NCBI GenBank assembly: GCA_965216875.1
Contig: OZ244207.1
Span: 5,824,001 to 5,888,000 of the forward strand
DNA length: 64,000 bases
Direction of reading: 5' to 3'
DNA from: Rubripirellula sp.
GTDB taxonomy: Bacteria > Planctomycetota > Planctomycetia > Pirellulales > Pirellulaceae
This document shows, in pieces, positions 60,463 to 64,000 of this stretch. The first letter of the stretch is position 1. Each line of letters starts with the position of its first letter. The notes under the pieces are model-generated. The model saw only the letters and a list, made by a program, of their open reading frames with translations, searched no databases and was not told the DNA's origin. The translations under genes and the position numbers were made by a program.

Positions 60463-61401
60463 ATGACTGACACTGTTTTGTCGGCCGATCGACTTGTGAA
60501 ACGATTTGGCGAAACACTTGCCGTCTCGGAAGCTTCGCTACAGATACGTCGCGGAGAAATCTATGGACTGCTCGGTCCGAACGGCGCTGGAAAGACAACC
60601 ACGATTGCAATGATCTGTGGCTTGCTGAAACCCGATTCTGGGCAGGTTTCTGTTTGCGGCAAGGACTTTCATTCCGATCCCGTCGCAGGCCAAAAACAGA
60701 TGGGCGTCGTACCTCAGGAGATCGCTCTTTATGAAGAGTTGTCCGCGTTTGAGAACTTGGTGTTCTGGGGAAAACTGGCTGGATTGTCATCGCAAACTGC
60801 CAAGGCACGCGCCAATGAGTTGCTCGAAGAACTTTCGTTGTCCGACCGAAAACGCGACACCGTTAAAACGTTCTCGGGTGGGATGAAGCGCCGCGTCAAC
60901 ATTGGCTGCGCACTCCTTCACGAACCTGCATTACTTTTGCTGGACGAGCCCACCGTTGGAATTGACCCTCAAGCGCGAGCGAACATTCTGGAGTTTGTCC
61001 GCGACCTCGCTCGTCGCGGAACGGGAGTCCTCTACACCACCCACTACTTGGATGAAGCCGAAACGCTCTGCGACCGAATCGGAATCATTGATCACGGCGA
61101 AGTCCTGGCCGACGGTTCCCTGTCCGAATTGCAGGAAAGCCTCGGTGGCGACCAACTTTTCGTTCTCGAAGGCGATTTTTCTGGCGCCGACACAAACGAT
61201 TGGGACGGGTTTGGCCAGCGATTTCGAGTGATTCGTATGCGTGACCACCAGTTGGTTGTCGCATCAACCGACCAGCGGCACCCGTCTGAATGTTTGCGAG
61301 AACTGCTGGACATTCCTATCCAGCTCGACAACGCGACGATCAAAAAGCCCAATCTCAACGACGTCTTCCTTCAACTCACCGGGCGTGAACTGAGGGAATA
61401 G
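60463..61401 (+). CDS. ABC-2 type exporter ATP-binding protein
   Basis: GPNGAGKTT, FSGGMKRR, LLLDEPTVGID, YTTHY, LTGRELRE. Confidence 0.95.
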   Translation: MTDTVLSADRLVKRFGETLAVSEASLQIRRGEIYGLLGPNGAGKTTTIAMICGLLKPDSGQVSVCGKDFHSDPVAGQKQMGVVPQEIALYEELSAFENLVFWGKLAGLSSQTAKARANELLEELSLSDRKRDTVKTFSGGMKRRVNIGCALLHEPALLLLDEPTVGIDPQARANILEFVRDLARRGTGVLYTTHYLDEAETLCDRIGIIDHGEVLADGSLSELQESLGGDQLFVLEGDFSGADTNDWDGFGQRFRVIRMRDHQLVVASTDQRHPSECLRELLDIPIQLDNATIKKPNLNDVFLQLTGRELRE

Positions 61402-61402
61402 C

Positions 61403-62704
61403 ATGATCTGGGCTTTGATTCAAAAAGACCTCCGCCGCCTACGCGTCAATTGGCACAGCACGGTGATCCTGCTGGCGATGCCGCTTTGCATCACCGGTTT
61501 AGTCGGTGCCGTTTTTGGTCCTGCCGCGCGCAACAATGAGATGCCTCGCATCAAGTTGGCCGTCGTCGACGAAGACGACAGTGTGTTGGGGGGGATGCTG
61601 GCCGGTGCGGGATCTTCCGAACGTGGACGTGATTCGCTCGACACGGTCGTTGTCGAGCGCGAGGAAGCGGACAGATTGATTCGAAACAATGAAGTCAGCG
61701 CTATCATTGTCATCCCCAAGGACTTCACCTCGACGTTTCTGAAAGGCGAGCACCCACCGCCCATCGAATTGATCAAGAATCCAGCGCAATCGTATCTCCC
61801 CGCAATCACTGAAGAGTTGATGTGCGTGGTCACGGAATTGCTCAACGCGCTCGCCTTGAACCTCGCTGACGAAGTGCCGGACATCGTCGAGATTTTCGAA
61901 CAAGACGGCGCCCCCGATTCGGCCAAACTCGCTCGCAGCATCACTCGCATCGGCGACAAGCTCGAGCGAGCCGAGGCTTACGTCTTTCCCCCGATCATTA
62001 GCTACACCAAGAACGCGCCAAAAGACACAGACTCGTCGGTGGTCGATGGAACGGATTCCGAAGCGACCGTACAGGAGGACTCAGGACCTACGTTCAATAT
62101 CTTCGGGTTTGTTATCCCAGGTATGGCGGCAATCTTCTTGCTGATGACAGCCGAAGGAAGCACTCGCGAACTGATCGTTGAACGACGCAGTGGGACACTC
62201 GATCGCTATCGGACCTGCCATGCAAAGTTGTTGCCTCTGTTTGTTGCCAAGTCGATCTTTTCGTTGGTAGTGGTCATCGCTTCAGGGCTCATTATCCTTG
62301 TCGGTGGTTCGCTCATTTTCGACATCACGTGGACGCGACCTGTCGAATGCATGCTGCTGACGGTGGCGTTCAGTCTGTTTTCGGTCGGATTCACCTACCT
62401 ACTCATTGCCGTGGTTTATCGAGAAAAACTCATCCTGGCGATGAACACCGTGGTGATCATGCTGATGGGATTCTTGGGCGGATCGATGATGCCCGTCCAG
62501 AGTCTTCCCGGAATCATTCGCGATGTGATTAGCCCCGCGCTTCCGAATTACATGTACGTCGAAGCATTCCGCGGTCTGCAAAACGGACACTCGGATGCCT
62601 CGTGGATCGGCATATCGATCGGTCTTTGCCTTGGCGGGTTCGTCCTTCTTGTGGCTGCGATCGCAATCTTCCAGCGACGATTGCTGCGGGGGGCAACGAC
62701 ATGA
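61403..62704 (+). CDS. ABC-2 type exporter permease
   Basis: KDLRR, N-terminal TM, VVDED extracellular domain, ERRSGTL, five C-terminal TM helices. Confidence 0.88.
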   Translation: MIWALIQKDLRRLRVNWHSTVILLAMPLCITGLVGAVFGPAARNNEMPRIKLAVVDEDDSVLGGMLAGAGSSERGRDSLDTVVVEREEADRLIRNNEVSAIIVIPKDFTSTFLKGEHPPPIELIKNPAQSYLPAITEELMCVVTELLNALALNLADEVPDIVEIFEQDGAPDSAKLARSITRIGDKLERAEAYVFPPIISYTKNAPKDTDSSVVDGTDSEATVQEDSGPTFNIFGFVIPGMAAIFLLMTAEGSTRELIVERRSGTLDRYRTCHAKLLPLFVAKSIFSLVVVIASGLIILVGGSLIFDITWTRPVECMLLTVAFSLFSVGFTYLLIAVVYREKLILAMNTVVIMLMGFLGGSMMPVQSLPGIIRDVISPALPNYMYVEAFRGLQNGHSDASWIGISIGLCLGGFVLLVAAIAIFQRRLLRGATT

Positions 62705-63846
62705 GAACGATATGGATCCTTGCCGCCAACGACCTTCGCGTCTTTCTGAAAGACAAGATCGGTTACATCTGGTTGTTTGGCATGCCGATCGTGTTTATCT
62801 ACTTCTTCGGCACGGCCATGCGGTTCGATAACAGCGAACCCTCGAGCCCCAAGCCGAAGTTGGTGATCGACAATCAAGACCAAGGTTTCATCGGTGCCCT
62901 TCTTGTTCAACAACTCGAACAAGAAGGCGTGCGGGCGATTGGCAAGGAAGCGAGCAACGAAAAGGATCCGATCGTCGAGATCCCTGATGATTTCACGCAG
63001 CGGGTACTCGAGGCAAAGTCAGTCGACGTCAACCTGATCGAAAAACCGAGTGGCAACCTCGAGCCTTCGGCCATGATCGAAGTCAGGCTGACCAGATCGA
63101 TCATTGCACTTTCATCAGCCATCTTCGCAGTCGTGACCGACGACGCGGTCGAGGGTGAACCCGAGATTACCGAAACGGCACTCAAAGCGATGCTTGAACG
63201 CGAACGAAAGGTCGCGTTAGATGTTTCGTTTGCGGGACGTCGCATAGTGCCGAGCGGGTTTCAGCAATCGGTCCCTGGCTACGTGGTGATGTTCATTCTG
63301 ATGAACTTGCTGATCTTTGGCAGCTTGGGGATCTCGTCCGAACGGACGGCGGGAGCGCTACGTCGCATCGCCGTGAATCCGGTCAAACGTTGGCAAATCG
63401 TGATCGGCAAAATCTTGGGACGCTTCTTTCTCGGTGCAGTTCAAATCGTCTATTTGTTGGTCGTCAGCAGGCTGCTGTTCCGAGTGGACTATGGCGATCA
63501 CATCCCAACCATTGGCGTGACGCTCTTGATCTTTGCTTGGGGCTGTGCGGCACTGGGCGTTCTTGTCGCTGCCGTGATCCGAACACCAGAGACAGCGCAA
63601 GGCGTTTGCACACTTGGTTCGATACTGTTGGCTGCGATCGGCGGATGTTGGTGGCCCCTGGAAATCATGCCTGATTTCGCAAAACAGATCGCTCAACTGA
63701 CACCCACGGCGTGGGCGATGAGCGCGATGCATCAACTGATCAGTTTTGGCGGTAGCATCGCCGACATCCACGTCGAACTGGGCTTGATGGGCGCCTTCGC
63801 CACCATCAACACCCTGCTCGCCGCCAAATTCTTGCGGATTGAATAG
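62701..63846 (+). CDS. ABC-2 type exporter permease
   Basis: ATGA overlap with the previous gene; QSVPGYVVMF, SERTAGALRR, GGCWWPLEIMP, TPTAWAM. Confidence 0.9.
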   Translation: MRTIWILAANDLRVFLKDKIGYIWLFGMPIVFIYFFGTAMRFDNSEPSSPKPKLVIDNQDQGFIGALLVQQLEQEGVRAIGKEASNEKDPIVEIPDDFTQRVLEAKSVDVNLIEKPSGNLEPSAMIEVRLTRSIIALSSAIFAVVTDDAVEGEPEITETALKAMLERERKVALDVSFAGRRIVPSGFQQSVPGYVVMFILMNLLIFGSLGISSERTAGALRRIAVNPVKRWQIVIGKILGRFFLGAVQIVYLLVVSRLLFRVDYGDHIPTIGVTLLIFAWGCAALGVLVAAVIRTPETAQGVCTLGSILLAAIGGCWWPLEIMPDFAKQIAQLTPTAWAMSAMHQLISFGGSIADIHVELGLMGAFATINTLLAAKFLRIE

Positions 63847-63869
63847 ATGCGTCTTGTGGGCACTCCGTC

Positions 63870-63972
63870 GTAGGTCATGCTCTGCATGACGGGCGTTTCG
63901 ATTTGCGCGCTGTAGCGTGCAAGGCCGTGAACGCTATTGCACGTTTGTGAGCCGCACGCGCTAGCGTCGGGC
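63870..63972. repeat. REP-like arms of two families
   Basis: GTAGGTCATGCTCTGCATGAC (63870-63890) and TTTGTGAGCCGCACGCGCTAGCGTCGGGC (63944-63972), matching 7692/30882 and 37221. Confidence 0.75.
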
Positions 63973-64000
63973 CGTGCAAGTGTCGGGGCATACTGTTTTG

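Overview
This is a gene-dense window from a planctomycete, most likely Pirellulaceae. The assignment rests on N-terminal 'LE.R.LLA' planctomycete extracellular motifs, C-terminal dockerins, four Cys-type sulfatases, and TIGR02996, DUF1080, SHD1 and ASPIC/UnbV proteins. About 40 CDS were called, including sulfatases, two PfkB kinases, two histidine kinases, a CzcA/CzcB-like RND pair, an ECF sigma/anti-sigma pair, RadC, CsrA-like, PpsR, an ABC-2 exporter and four large surface proteins. No rRNA, tRNA or CRISPR-Cas was recognised. The intergenic DNA carries several families of REP-like palindromes, a 120-bp hexamer tract and a 231-bp composite tandem array. The most striking locus is 47408-49457: an intact HUH/Y1 (RAYT/TnpA-REP-like) nuclease gene flanked by two inward-facing arrays of a 13-bp motif (GGGGACAGAGCAC; 5 copies left, 11 inverted copies right) with variable spacers. 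Six consecutive right-hand spacers carry micro-duplications anchored at the motif's CCCC end, which suggests enzyme-driven array remodelling. All family assignments come from motif recognition by eye; no database searches were run.
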